64,000 nt of DNA from Pseudomonadales bacterium (GTDB lineage: Bacteria > Pseudomonadota > Gammaproteobacteria > Pseudomonadales > Azotimanducaceae): assembly GCA_965267295.1 (NCBI GenBank), contig OZ253946.1, forward strand, positions 3,600,338 through 3,664,337. Reading direction: 5' to 3'. The notes beneath the pieces were generated by a model, which did no database searches, was not told the origin of the DNA, and was given only the letters and a program-made list of their open reading frames with translations. Every line of letters begins with the position of its first letter. Position 1 is the stretch's first letter. Below, in pieces: positions 38,013 to 47,795 of the stretch. Position numbers and translations under genes: made by a program.

Positions 38013-38909
38013 ATGAGCGCGGAAGACGCATCGGCGCAGCTGGTCATCGATACCACATTCGTCGAGGCACACTCTCCCTGGATGTACCAGCTCGCACAGC
38101 GTCTGCTGCAGGATACGGCACTGGCTGAAGATGCGGTGCAGGACGCTTTCGTCGCAGCGTATCGGCACAGCAAACGGTTCGAGGGACGGGCCGCGGTGCG
38201 CACATGGCTGCATCGAATTACCATCAACGCCGCGCTGGCCATTCAGCGCAAACGCACCGTCCGCACCGTAGACATCGACGACCTGCAGCCGCTCTTCGAC
38301 GCCAACGAGTGCCGAATTGAAGCTCCCTGGGGACAAATGCCGACCGTCGATGAGGTCATGCAGCGGGCAGAGCTTGCGACCCTGGTGCGGCAAAGCGTCG
38401 CCGCACTGCCGGAAGCATTCAGAATCTGCCTGCAGCTGCGCGACTTCGAAGAGCTGTCGGTCAAAGAGGTGGCCGACGCCCTCGAGATCAGCGAAGAGAA
38501 CGTCAAAGTGCGGACCCATCGCGCTCGAGCCGCTCTCAAACGGCTGCTGGAGCCGCTGCTGCGCGGCCGTCCCGTCACCGATATCGCCGACACGACGCCA
38601 ACCGACGACACGAGGCCCACCATGATGCGCAAGATCAAAGGTCTGATGCTGGCCAACATGCCTTACATGATCACCTGCGAGCAGTTCGAGAGCTTCATCG
38701 CCGATTATCTGGAAGGCGACTTACCGGCGGGGTTGCGCAGAAAATTCGACTTTCACATTCGCTTCTGCCGCGAATGCCGGGAATACCTGGCCGCCTACGA
38801 GCGCACCCGGGCGCTCGGCAGAGCGAGCGCTGACGTCGACATGAGTGAGGTACCCGAGGACCTGCTGGCGGCGGTCACGACCGCCCTGCAAGACGCGAAG
38901 GAAACATAA
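38013..38909 (+). CDS. ECF sigma-70 factor fused in frame to a zinc-binding anti-sigma (ZAS, zf-HC2) domain
   Basis: Region 2 (EDAVQDAFVAAYRHSKRFEGRAAVRTWLHRITINAAL) and region 4 (LSVKEVADALEISEENVKVRTHRARAALKRL). A ~25-aa linker follows, then MITCEQFESFIADYLEGDL ... HIRFCRECREY (HxxxCxxC, nt 38754-38777). No stop codon separates the parts. Confidence 0.8.
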   Translation: MSAEDASAQLVIDTTFVEAHSPWMYQLAQRLLQDTALAEDAVQDAFVAAYRHSKRFEGRAAVRTWLHRITINAALAIQRKRTVRTVDIDDLQPLFDANECRIEAPWGQMPTVDEVMQRAELATLVRQSVAALPEAFRICLQLRDFEELSVKEVADALEISEENVKVRTHRARAALKRLLEPLLRGRPVTDIADTTPTDDTRPTMMRKIKGLMLANMPYMITCEQFESFIADYLEGDLPAGLRRKFDFHIRFCRECREYLAAYERTRALGRASADVDMSEVPEDLLAAVTTALQDAKET

Positions 38910-38950
38910 CACCTCGTTCGACGTCTAACGATCCCTGGAGGAGATCAACT

Positions 38951-39295
38951 ATGGAACAACTCGGCGTGTGGATCGGACCCATTTTACTTGTGCCTGCAAT
39001 GGCGCTCTTGGTCATTTCCACCGGGAATCGCTACAGCCAGATGCTCGTACACCTCACAGAAAACGGCGCCACGGCCACGCTGACGCGGCAGCTGAGGTTG
39101 CTGCGCCGAGCGCTGCTTCTGCTCTATCTGGGGATCGCAAGCCTTGCGGTCGCAGCCCTGCTGGGCGGCCTCCTCCATGCCGATGCGGGCATGGCTCGTG
39201 AGGTGATGATCGTATTGAGCTGCATCGGCATCGCCTGCCTGGTCGGCGCGTCAACGACCCTGGTCATTGACGTGCTGAGAGATCCCCTCGCGTAA
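38951..39295 (+). CDS. small membrane protein, DUF2721-like (family name from memory)
   Basis: 114 aa with three hydrophobic helices. GNRYSQMLVHL segment. Confidence 0.55.
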   Translation: MEQLGVWIGPILLVPAMALLVISTGNRYSQMLVHLTENGATATLTRQLRLLRRALLLLYLGIASLAVAALLGGLLHADAGMAREVMIVLSCIGIACLVGASTTLVIDVLRDPLA

Positions 39296-39327
39296 ACTCA
39301 TCCCGACAACCACAGACACCGACCACC

Positions 39328-39678
39328 ATGACCAATCGGCCAGAAAATCTATTCGAACGCTATCACGCGCACATCTACTTCGGTGAGGACACCGAAGCGC
39401 AGGCGCGCGAGCTCTGCGTTGGCGCCTGGCGCCAATGCCACGTGGGTCTGGGCCGCTTTCACCGCAAGCCTGTCGGACCGCACCCGCTCTGGAGCTGCCA
39501 GCTGTCGTTCGACAAGGACGAATTTGATCGGGTCATCCCCTGGTTGGATGCGCATCGCAACGGGCTCGATATTCTCGTGCACCCGCTGACCGGTGATGCG
39601 CTGGCTGAGCACACCGAGCATGCGCGGTGGCTGGGTGAGGAAGTTGCGTTGAATGTTGATATTTTTGAGAAGCGCTGA
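39328..39678 (+). CDS. DOPA 4,5-dioxygenase-like family protein
   Basis: 116 aa. YHAHIYF ... HPLWSCQL ... ILVHPLTGD pattern. Confidence 0.7.
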   Translation: MTNRPENLFERYHAHIYFGEDTEAQARELCVGAWRQCHVGLGRFHRKPVGPHPLWSCQLSFDKDEFDRVIPWLDAHRNGLDILVHPLTGDALAEHTEHARWLGEEVALNVDIFEKR

Positions 39679-39711
39679 CCACATGGACACAGTATCGGCC
39701 GAGAACGAGCC

Positions 39712-41472
39712 GTGACGTGCTGTATAAGCAGACGCCTGCGGCGTTTGATGCTTGCCGCGGCGACAATCGCAGGAGCAGCGTTCCTGAGTGCCTGCAGTGA
39801 ATCGCGTACACCGCCAGAGGTAGCTGATCCCGGGTTCCTGGATCCGGAATCAGGGACCGTGCAACTGCTGGATACGGCCCAACTTCAAGCAGAGATTGTC
39901 GTAGAGGATGACGTTGGTATCGCCACCCGTGACGGTACCCGCTTGTCGGCCCGGGTGTTCCGCCCGAACGCGCCCGGAACTCACCCCGTAATCATAGCAT
40001 TCACCGCCTACGGCAAAGACCGCGGGCCGTCTCAGTATCCCACGGTTTTGAACAATGCCCATGATCCACATTTTGATCTCGGCAGATTCCGGGTGAGTCG
40101 ATGGACAAGCTGGGAAGCCCCCGATCCGGCATTCTGGGTGCCAAACGGCTATGTCGTGGTGTACGTCGATTCTCGTGGCTATGGCAAGTCACAAGGGGAT
40201 GCCAGCATTCTCAGCATGCGCGATGGCGAGGACTTTTTCGATGCCATCGAATGGGCTGGCACCCAGACCTGGAGCAACGGCAGTGTCGGGTTGAACGGCG
40301 TGTCGTATCTGGCGATCTCGCAGTGGGTAGCAGCGAGTGCAAACCCACCGCACCTCAAAGCGATAATCCCCTGGGAAGGGCAATCGGACAACTTTCGCGA
40401 AGTCCTTTTTCACGGGGGCATTCCGGAGACCGCTTTTACCGGTTTCTGGTTCAATCGTATGCGCTCACTCGCCCATACCAATCCGCTCCCGCCTGACTTC
40501 ATCTTTCGCTTTGTGCAACGACGCCCTCTGTTGATGAAGACGCTGCAGGAGAGATTTCAACCGCCATCGGGAATTCGGCTGGAACGCATCGATGTTCCCG
40601 CGTTGATCTGCGCAACCTGGTCCGATCAGGGATTACATACGCGCGGCTCGTTCGAAGCTTTCAAGCAGATCTCCTCTGAACAAAAGTGGCTCTTCACCCA
40701 CGGCCGCGCGAAGTGGGCAACCTACTACAGCGAGGAGGCACTCTCGACGCAGAAGGCGTTCTTTGACCACTTCTTGAAGGGTGAGAACAACGGATTCGAC
40801 CAGCGCGCGCCAGTCAGGCTCGAGGTTCGGGAAACGCTACGCAGCTATACCGTGCGTGAAGAATCGGATTGGCCGCTCCCCCAAGTCCAACCACGCCCCC
40901 TGTATCTCGATGCGGGAACCGGCACGCTCACGACCTCGCCACCCGCTTCGATCTCCGAGCAGCAATACCGCCCGGATCATGAACAGGTCACCTTCCAATT
41001 CACGTTCGAAGAAGACACTGAGCTGACCGGAAACATGAAGCTGAAACTCTGGGTTTCCACCGATCAAGGCGACGATATGGATCTCTTCGCCGGTATCGAG
41101 AAACTCGATTCCGAAGGCAAACCGGTTAACTTTTTTGCAAAAACGGGGTTTTTGCGGGGTATGGTTGCGATGGGGTGGCTGCGCGTAGCGCACCGCGAAC
41201 TCGATCAAACCAGATCCACACCGCTCCAGCCCATACTGGCGCATGGGCAAGAACTGCCGCTGGCGCCGAATGAGGTTGTTCCGGTCGAGATTGAGATCCT
41301 GCCCAGCAGTACTCTGTTTCGTGCCGGTGAGTCGCTACGCGTGGTTGTGCAGGGACACGACCTCTTCGAGCATCCTACGCTCGCGCATGAGCACACGGTC
41401 AACGAGGGGGCGCATACCATCCACACGGGCGATGGTTACGACTCCCATCTCCTGATCCCTGTCGTTCCTTAG
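39712..41472 (+). CDS. CocE/NonD family hydrolase (S15 X-Pro dipeptidyl-peptidase-like), lipoprotein
   Basis: Lipobox AAFLSACS. VFRPNAPGTHPVIIAFTAYGKD, DSRGYGKSQGD and GLNGVSYLAISQW (nucleophile Ser) segments. GTG start. Confidence 0.85.
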   Translation: MTCCISRRLRRLMLAAATIAGAAFLSACSESRTPPEVADPGFLDPESGTVQLLDTAQLQAEIVVEDDVGIATRDGTRLSARVFRPNAPGTHPVIIAFTAYGKDRGPSQYPTVLNNAHDPHFDLGRFRVSRWTSWEAPDPAFWVPNGYVVVYVDSRGYGKSQGDASILSMRDGEDFFDAIEWAGTQTWSNGSVGLNGVSYLAISQWVAASANPPHLKAIIPWEGQSDNFREVLFHGGIPETAFTGFWFNRMRSLAHTNPLPPDFIFRFVQRRPLLMKTLQERFQPPSGIRLERIDVPALICATWSDQGLHTRGSFEAFKQISSEQKWLFTHGRAKWATYYSEEALSTQKAFFDHFLKGENNGFDQRAPVRLEVRETLRSYTVREESDWPLPQVQPRPLYLDAGTGTLTTSPPASISEQQYRPDHEQVTFQFTFEEDTELTGNMKLKLWVSTDQGDDMDLFAGIEKLDSEGKPVNFFAKTGFLRGMVAMGWLRVAHRELDQTRSTPLQPILAHGQELPLAPNEVVPVEIEILPSSTLFRAGESLRVVVQGHDLFEHPTLAHEHTVNEGAHTIHTGDGYDSHLLIPVVP

Positions 41473-41523
41473 ACAGAGGGCGGGACTGCCCGGCCGTAGG
41501 TGTCTTCCAGTCGCCGCCGACAC

Positions 41524-42288
41524 TCAATTCAAGAAGCTAGGGTCCAACTTTTCCATTTTGCGCAATAACGCCGGCCACGCGAGCGGACCGACCGTGCCGT
41601 CGAACAGCACTTTGCTCTGCTCAGCCGCTTTTTCCGCCGACCCCTGCGGGGGCTGGTTGATGGCCACCGCACCGGACAGCGCGCGAATCTGCATGCTGCA
41701 GGCGCGCTCCAGGTAGTACATGGCCATGTAGGCGTCCGCACAGCTGGCGCCGACGGTGAGCGTGCCGTGGTTGCGCAGGATCATGAACTGCCCGCTGCCC
41801 AGGTCCTGGACAATGCGCTCGCGCTCGTCGAGATCGAGCGCAACGCCTTCGTAGTCGTGATACGCAATCTCGCCGATCTGCATGGCGTGCTGGGTGATCG
41901 GCATGAGCCCATCAGCCTGAGCCGACACGGCCACACCGTCATCCGTGTGCAGATGCATGACACAGTGCGCATCTTCCCGCGCCATATGCACCGCTGAGTG
42001 AATGGTGAAACCGGCCGGATTGATGTCGTACTCCGATTCGATGACTTTGTTGCCATCGGCGTCCACTTTCACGAGGCTCGAAGCCGTGACCTCATGAAAC
42101 ATGAGGCCGAGTGGATTCAAGAGGAAATGATGCTCCGGACCGGGTACCCGCACCGAGAGATGGGTGAACAACATGTCGTCCCAGCCGTGATCCGCCACCA
42201 GGCGGTAGAGACAGGCCAGATCCTGACGCACCTGCCATTCCTCGGCGCTGACCTGATCTTTCACTGCGGACGAAACTGATGCCTGCAT
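41524..42288 (-). CDS. class II aldolase/adducin family protein
   Basis: 254 aa. HSAVHMARED ... CVMHLHTDDGVAVSA gives the metal-binding His pattern. Confidence 0.85.
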   Translation of the reverse strand: MQASVSSAVKDQVSAEEWQVRQDLACLYRLVADHGWDDMLFTHLSVRVPGPEHHFLLNPLGLMFHEVTASSLVKVDADGNKVIESEYDINPAGFTIHSAVHMAREDAHCVMHLHTDDGVAVSAQADGLMPITQHAMQIGEIAYHDYEGVALDLDERERIVQDLGSGQFMILRNHGTLTVGASCADAYMAMYYLERACSMQIRALSGAVAINQPPQGSAEKAAEQSKVLFDGTVGPLAWPALLRKMEKLDPSFLN

Positions 42289-42311
42289 GATCGTTCTCCC
42301 GTTTCTGAGCG

Positions 42312-43673
42312 TTAGCCCTTGAATTCTGCCACAACCGACGAGATCGATTCTTTGGCATCGCCGAAGAGCATGCGGGTGTTCTCACCGAAGAAGAGCGGAT
42401 TGTCGACACCCGAGAAGCCGGACGCCATGGAGCGCTTCAGCACGAACACCGTTCGCGCATGGTCGACGTTGATGATGGGCATGCCGTAAATCGGACTGTT
42501 TTCGTCGTTGCGCGCGGCCGGATTGACGACGTCGTTGGCGCCAATCACCACGGCAACGTCGATGTTGTCGATGCGCGGATTGATGTCGTCCATCTCAATG
42601 AGCTGATCGTACGGCACGTTGGCTTCCGCCAGGAGCACGTTCATGTGACCCGGCATCCGTCCGGCTACCGGATGGATGGCATAGGTGACCTCCGCGCCGT
42701 TGCCTTCGAGCAGCTCACCAAGCTCGCGCACGACGTGCTGCGCCTGCGCTACCGCCATGCCGTAGCCCGGCACAAACGTTACGGACTGCGCCGCCTCCAG
42801 AATGAGGAAGGCGTCTTCCGTGTTGATGGGCTTGACCTCACCTTCGACCTTGGTGGCCTGCTTGACCGCGCCAAAGCCGGAGAAGAGCACGTTCGCAAGC
42901 GAACGGTTCATCGCCTTACACATGATATTCGTGAGAATGATGCCTGCCGCGCCCACCATGGAACCGGCAACGATCAGAATGTTGTTGTTGATGGCAAACC
43001 CGGCGGCGCACGCGGCAAGGCCGGAGTAGCTGTTCAGCAACGAGATGACCACGGGCATGTCCGCACCGCCAATGGGCAGAACGGCCATGACGCCGAAGAG
43101 GAATGCCAGACCAATGACCGCATAGAGGTACGGCGAGTCGACCGCCGGATCCATGCAGAAGAGCACCGAGCAGACGATCAGCGCAATCAGGAGCGCCGCG
43201 TTGAAAATACGCTGTGCGCCAAACACCACCGCGCGGGAGACCATGACTTCGGACAGCTTGCCCCAGGCGAGAATACTGCCGGTAAAGGTGACGCCGCCGA
43301 TGACAATCGACAGAAGAATGGTGATGTCCGTAAACGTCGTGTTCCCGACGTTGTAGAGCGCTGCCCAGCCAACCAGCAAGCTCGCAATACCACCGGAGCC
43401 GTTGAAGAGCGCTACCATCTCGGGCATGGAGGTCATCGCAACTTTCTGCGCGGCAACCGCACCGATGATGGCACCAACGACGGCCGCAACGATGATCCAC
43501 TGGAACGAGAGGATTTCCTGATTGAACAGCGTCACCACAACGGCGATGAACATACCCACCGAGGACAGCAGGTTGCCGCGCACCGCTGTCGCCGGCGAGC
43601 CGAGCTGCTTCAGGCCGAAGATGAAGAGCGCTGCGGCAACGATGTACCAGATGTTGATCAGCTCAATGCTCAT
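42312..43673 (-). CDS. pntB: NAD(P) transhydrogenase subunit beta
   Basis: 453 aa with a membrane N-half and a C-terminal dIII (VPGYGMAVAQAQH ... AIHPVAGRMPGHMNVLLAEA). Confidence 0.93.
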   Translation of the reverse strand: MSIELINIWYIVAAALFIFGLKQLGSPATAVRGNLLSSVGMFIAVVVTLFNQEILSFQWIIVAAVVGAIIGAVAAQKVAMTSMPEMVALFNGSGGIASLLVGWAALYNVGNTTFTDITILLSIVIGGVTFTGSILAWGKLSEVMVSRAVVFGAQRIFNAALLIALIVCSVLFCMDPAVDSPYLYAVIGLAFLFGVMAVLPIGGADMPVVISLLNSYSGLAACAAGFAINNNILIVAGSMVGAAGIILTNIMCKAMNRSLANVLFSGFGAVKQATKVEGEVKPINTEDAFLILEAAQSVTFVPGYGMAVAQAQHVVRELGELLEGNGAEVTYAIHPVAGRMPGHMNVLLAEANVPYDQLIEMDDINPRIDNIDVAVVIGANDVVNPAARNDENSPIYGMPIINVDHARTVFVLKRSMASGFSGVDNPLFFGENTRMLFGDAKESISSVVAEFKG

Positions 43674-43972
43674 GCCTGGCCTCCGCTCTGGTCAGAGTCC
43701 TTTTTCTTGAACATGCTCAACATGCGGTTCGTAACCAGGTAGCCACCCACCACGTTGATGGTGGCGAACATCACCGCAACCGCGCCGAGAATCGTCGCCA
43801 GCGGCTGCAGTTCTGCACCCGCAGAAATGAGCGCACCCACGATGGTGATGCCGGAAATGGCGTTGGCGCCCGACATCAGCGGCGTGTGCAGCGTCGCCGG
43901 GACTTTGGAAATGAGTTCGAAGCCCAGAAAAATGGACAGCATCAGAACCAGACCGAGTAATACTGCTTCCAT
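43670..43972 (-). CDS. pntAB: NAD(P) transhydrogenase subunit alpha, membrane part
   Basis: 100 aa with three helices. HTPLMSGANAISGI segment. 4-nt overlap with pntB. Confidence 0.9.
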   Translation of the reverse strand: MEAVLLGLVLMLSIFLGFELISKVPATLHTPLMSGANAISGITIVGALISAGAELQPLATILGAVAVMFATINVVGGYLVTNRMLSMFKKKDSDQSGGQA

Positions 43973-43974
43973 GA

Positions 43975-45114
43975 TTAAGCTCCGTTGTAGATGTTTTTAA
44001 TGGTTTCGTTGACGACCGTGCCATCGCGCGTGATGACACACGCTTCCACAATTTCGTCCTCTGGATCGAGGTTCAGCGTTTTCTCTTCAGCATCCCAGAA
44101 CTCATCGAGCAGGTTGAAGAGATTGTTGCTGTACATCTCGCTCGCATTGCGCGCGACTTCGCTCGGCAGGTTGCCCTGACCGATGACTTTGACCCCATTG
44201 ATGTCGGTCACCTGATCGAGCACCGAGCCTTCGACGTTGCCGCCGGTCTCGACCGCCATGTCGACCACGACGCTGCCCGGCTTCATGGCCTCGACCATGT
44301 CACGGCCGACGATCACAGGCGCTTTGCGACCAAAAAGCTGCGCCGTGGTGACGACCACATCGGACTGCGCGATGACTTTCTTCTGGCCTTCGCGCTGCAT
44401 CTCGAGCTGCTCGGGCGTGAGCTCCTTGGCGTACCCCTGATCCGTCTGACCGGTGTCGCCGAGATCAATCTCCACGAACTTGGCGCCGAGCGACTGCACC
44501 TGCTCTGCAACGACAGGACGAGTATCGAAGGCTTCGACACGTGCGCCAAGGCGCTTGGCCGTTGCAATCGCCTGCAGACCGGCCACACCCGCGCCGATGA
44601 CAAACACGCGTGCCGGCGGAATGGTGCCGGCCGGCGTCATCATCATCGGGAAGATCTTCGGCGCATGAAACGCCGCCTGGATGATGGTGACGTAACCGGC
44701 AAGGTTTGCTTGCGAGGACAGCGCATCCATCTTCTGTGCTCGGGTGGAACGCGGAATCATCTCCATGGAGATGCCAACGATGCCCTGACCGGCCATGCTC
44801 TCGACGAGCGCCTGCTCGTTGAAGGGGTCCAGAAAGCTCACGCTGATGGCCCCGGACTTGTGCTGGCCCACTTCCCCGGATTCGGGCTTGCGTACGCGCA
44901 ACACAATGTCCGCACTGCCGAGCACCGCTGCGCGATCGTTCGAGACCGCTACGCCAGCTTCCCGGTAATCGTCGTCTGTAAATCCAGCGGCAAGGCCGGC
45001 GCCACTTTCGATTGTGATCGAGAAACCGAGGTCAACGAGCTTTTTCGCGTTCTGCGGCACAACAGCCACGCGCAACTCACCGGGCCAGGTTTCCTTAGGC
45101 ACACCTATCTGCAT
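43975..45114 (-). CDS. pntAA: NAD(P) transhydrogenase subunit alpha, dI part
   Basis: MQIGVPKETWPGELRVA N-terminus and Rossmann motif VFVIGAGVAGLQAI. ATG 45114 was preferred over the longer ORF-track start 45150. Confidence 0.92.
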   Translation of the reverse strand: MQIGVPKETWPGELRVAVVPQNAKKLVDLGFSITIESGAGLAAGFTDDDYREAGVAVSNDRAAVLGSADIVLRVRKPESGEVGQHKSGAISVSFLDPFNEQALVESMAGQGIVGISMEMIPRSTRAQKMDALSSQANLAGYVTIIQAAFHAPKIFPMMMTPAGTIPPARVFVIGAGVAGLQAIATAKRLGARVEAFDTRPVVAEQVQSLGAKFVEIDLGDTGQTDQGYAKELTPEQLEMQREGQKKVIAQSDVVVTTAQLFGRKAPVIVGRDMVEAMKPGSVVVDMAVETGGNVEGSVLDQVTDINGVKVIGQGNLPSEVARNASEMYSNNLFNLLDEFWDAEEKTLNLDPEDEIVEACVITRDGTVVNETIKNIYNGA

Positions 45115-45352
45115 GCGTCCCCCTAGAGAATAATTATTATCTTGCGGCAAAGCGGACAGAGTTTACTGACCACGTCTGCGAAAACAACTTCCTCAGCACT
45201 TAATACACCCTCGATATGTAAGTAACGCGCAACAGTCGAATTGAGAACCACCGCACGTTTTACATCTCCCGTACAGAATGTGGGCTATCACTCACTTTGG
45301 GTATCCCACCAACGTGCATACTTAGAGGAGTCAACCAATAAAGCCATTTGCA

Positions 45353-45745
45353 ATGGATTTGAGAAGAGACGACGAAGCAGCCGAAGATCGTATCCCGGAC
45401 ATCGTGCGTACCGCCCGCTTTGTGCAGACGGACGAGGGATGGTTCTTTCGCACCCGCGAAGGGATCATGCTGGGACCATATGGCAACGAATTCGACGCCG
45501 AACTCAGCGCCTCTCTACTCGTGGCTCAGCTGGCGCAGGCCGATCCGGGCACTGACACCGGGCGTCTCATTCAGAATTTCATGACCGATCCCGCAAACGC
45601 AACGCTGACCCAACTCCGGGGACGCGAACCCCAGGACCTGGCCGCCATCCGCGCGCGCCACCGCCGCGCCAACAGCCAGGTACCAACGTTCCAGAAAGCC
45701 TGGGAAGCCATTGTGCGGCTGGCCACGGCGCCGAAAAACGTTTGA
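45353..45745 (+). CDS. small conserved protein, DUF6316-like (second copy)
   Basis: Core DEGWFFRTREGIMLGPYGNEFDAELSA parallels DGKWYFSTRESEEGPFGSREAAEAA of 31224..31520. No SD within 10 nt of the ATG. Confidence 0.55.
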   Translation: MDLRRDDEAAEDRIPDIVRTARFVQTDEGWFFRTREGIMLGPYGNEFDAELSASLLVAQLAQADPGTDTGRLIQNFMTDPANATLTQLRGREPQDLAAIRARHRRANSQVPTFQKAWEAIVRLATAPKNV

Positions 45746-45757
45746 TCCGCAATCTCT

Positions 45758-45781
45758 ACCATTTGATTTGAATCAAATGGT
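45758..45781. promoter_or_regulatory. perfect 24-bp AT-rich palindrome (operator candidate or weak terminator)
   Basis: ACCATTTGATT-TG-AATCAAATGGT has 11-bp arms and a 2-nt spacer. It lies 13 nt after the stop of 45353..45745 and 50 nt before the micro-ORF ATG. Confidence 0.5.
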
Positions 45782-45830
45782 GTCTCGTACCTTTCCGCTA
45801 ACGTCGTGACACGACTTCGTGGAGAGCACT

Positions 45831-45944
45831 ATGAGCGTTTTTATTCAGGAAGATGCGCACACGCTGCGTAAAATCGGCTACAACGTTGCCATTCTGGTCG
45901 GCGTCGCGCTGGCCCTGATTGTTGTGGCGATGACGGTCGTCTAA
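45831..45944 (+). CDS. 37-aa single-helix membrane micro-protein (not in ORF track)
   Basis: GGAGAG lies 4 nt before the ATG. MSVFIQEDAHTLRKIGYNVAILVGVALALIVVAMTVV*. GC-rich third positions. Directly upstream of the TRAP operon. Confidence 0.4.
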   Translation: MSVFIQEDAHTLRKIGYNVAILVGVALALIVVAMTVV

Positions 45945-46016
45945 CGACCATCACGGCGCTCGATGCGCCACCGGTTCTGGCGGCGCGGGTTGCAGGGCAG
46001 CCCGCACGCCTTTCTT

Positions 46017-46052
46017 TGTTCTTCCCCCATGTTCTTCCCTCATGTTCTTCCC
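46017..46052. repeat. three tandem direct repeats, 13-bp period
   Basis: TGTTCTTCCC occurs at 46017, 46030 and 46043. Copies 2 and 3 are identical over 12 nt (CATGTTCTTCCC). The array ends ~100 bp upstream of the TRAP substrate-binding gene. Confidence 0.7.
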
Positions 46053-46155
46053 GATGCCTGCGACTTGCATCCTGAGCGCCTGCTTCCCACAATCTCCGAA
46101 ACGCGCCTGAAATAAGCACAATCACAGCGCGCTCGGGGTACAGGGGGAATCCAGC

Positions 46156-47258
46156 ATGAGTAATAAGGCTGCGCTCACGGCAGTGGTGGTGGCGTTTGTA
46201 GTCGGCATCATCGGCAGCCTCGCCGTGCGGCCACCCGGCGCCAACACCGCGCCTGTCGCGACGCAAGCCGGTGAGACCCAGGCCCGCATTCACTGGCGCA
46301 TGCCGGTCGTCTTCCAGACGACGCTGCCCGTGCTCGGCGACAATCCGCTGTATGTCGCGGACATGATTCGCAAAGCGTCCAACGGCGCTATCAAGATCGA
46401 CGTGTTCGAACCGGGTGAGATTGTGCCGGCCTTTTCCGTCACGGACGCGGTCAGGGATCGAAAAGTGGAAGTGGGTTACACCTGGATGGGCTACGACCAG
46501 GGCAAAATCCCTGCCTCGCCGCTGCTCGGCGCCGTCCCGTTCGGTATGGAACCCTGGGAATACAGCGCGTGGTGGTTCGAAGCCGGCGGTCGCGAGCTCG
46601 GTGAAGCGCTCTACGCGAAACACAACATCATGCCGATCTACTGCGGCATGACCGGACCGGAAACCGCCGGCTGGTTTCGTGAGCCGATCCGCAGTCTTTC
46701 CGACGTGGAAGGCCTCAAAATCCGCTTTGCCGGTCTGGGGGGGCGCGTCATCGAGCGCCTCGGCGCAAGCGTGACGATGATTCCCGGCGGCGAGATTTTC
46801 CAGGCCTTGGAGAAGGGGGCCATCGACGCGTCCGAGTTTGCCCTGCCCATCGTCGATCAGACGCTCGGCTTCAACCGGGTTGCCAAGTTCAACTACTACC
46901 CGGGCTGGCATCAGCCGTTCACCGCCTCACATCTCGTCGTGAATCTCGATGCCTGGAACGAGCTGCAGCCGGCGGACCAGGCGATGATTGAGCTCGGCTG
47001 CACCGCCGGTGTCATTCGCAATCTGTCTAACTCCGAGGCAAGCCAGGGCGCCATCATTGCCGGTTTCCCGGACATTGGGGTGACGGCCGAAGTGCTGCCC
47101 GAAGCGCTGCTGCGCGAACTCGAAGCTGTGGCGCGTGACGTCATCAACGAAGAAGCCGCAAACGACGAGGACTTCGCCAACATCCTCGAATCACAGCGTG
47201 CGTTCCGCAAAGACTACGCGCACTGGAAGTCCCGCGCCTACCTGCCACGGGACTTCTG

Positions 47259-47259
<1 letters not shown>
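46156..47259 (+). CDS. TRAP transporter substrate-binding protein (DctP-like, mannitol/chloroaromatic-type)
   Basis: 367 aa. N-terminal anchor/signal. GLKIRFAGLGGRVIERLGASV ... GAIDASEF segments. GGGGGA SD. Confidence 0.85.

Positions 47260-47778
<519 letters not shown>

Positions 47779-47795
<17 letters not shown>

Noticed and set aside
37886-38242. N-terminal extensions offered by the ORF track. Examples are 37127..38242, 2070..4148, 28569..29600, 34795..36978, 52366..53664, 27151..28041 and 31601..32527.
   Set aside because: The extensions overlap neighbouring genes, are low-complexity, and are followed by in-frame starts with good SD sequences and family-typical N-termini. Shorter starts were used.
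46017-46052. The tandem 13-bp repeats considered as a degenerate CRISPR or minisatellite.
   Set aside because: There are only three contiguous units with no spacers and no cas genes. It is kept only as a possible regulatory array.
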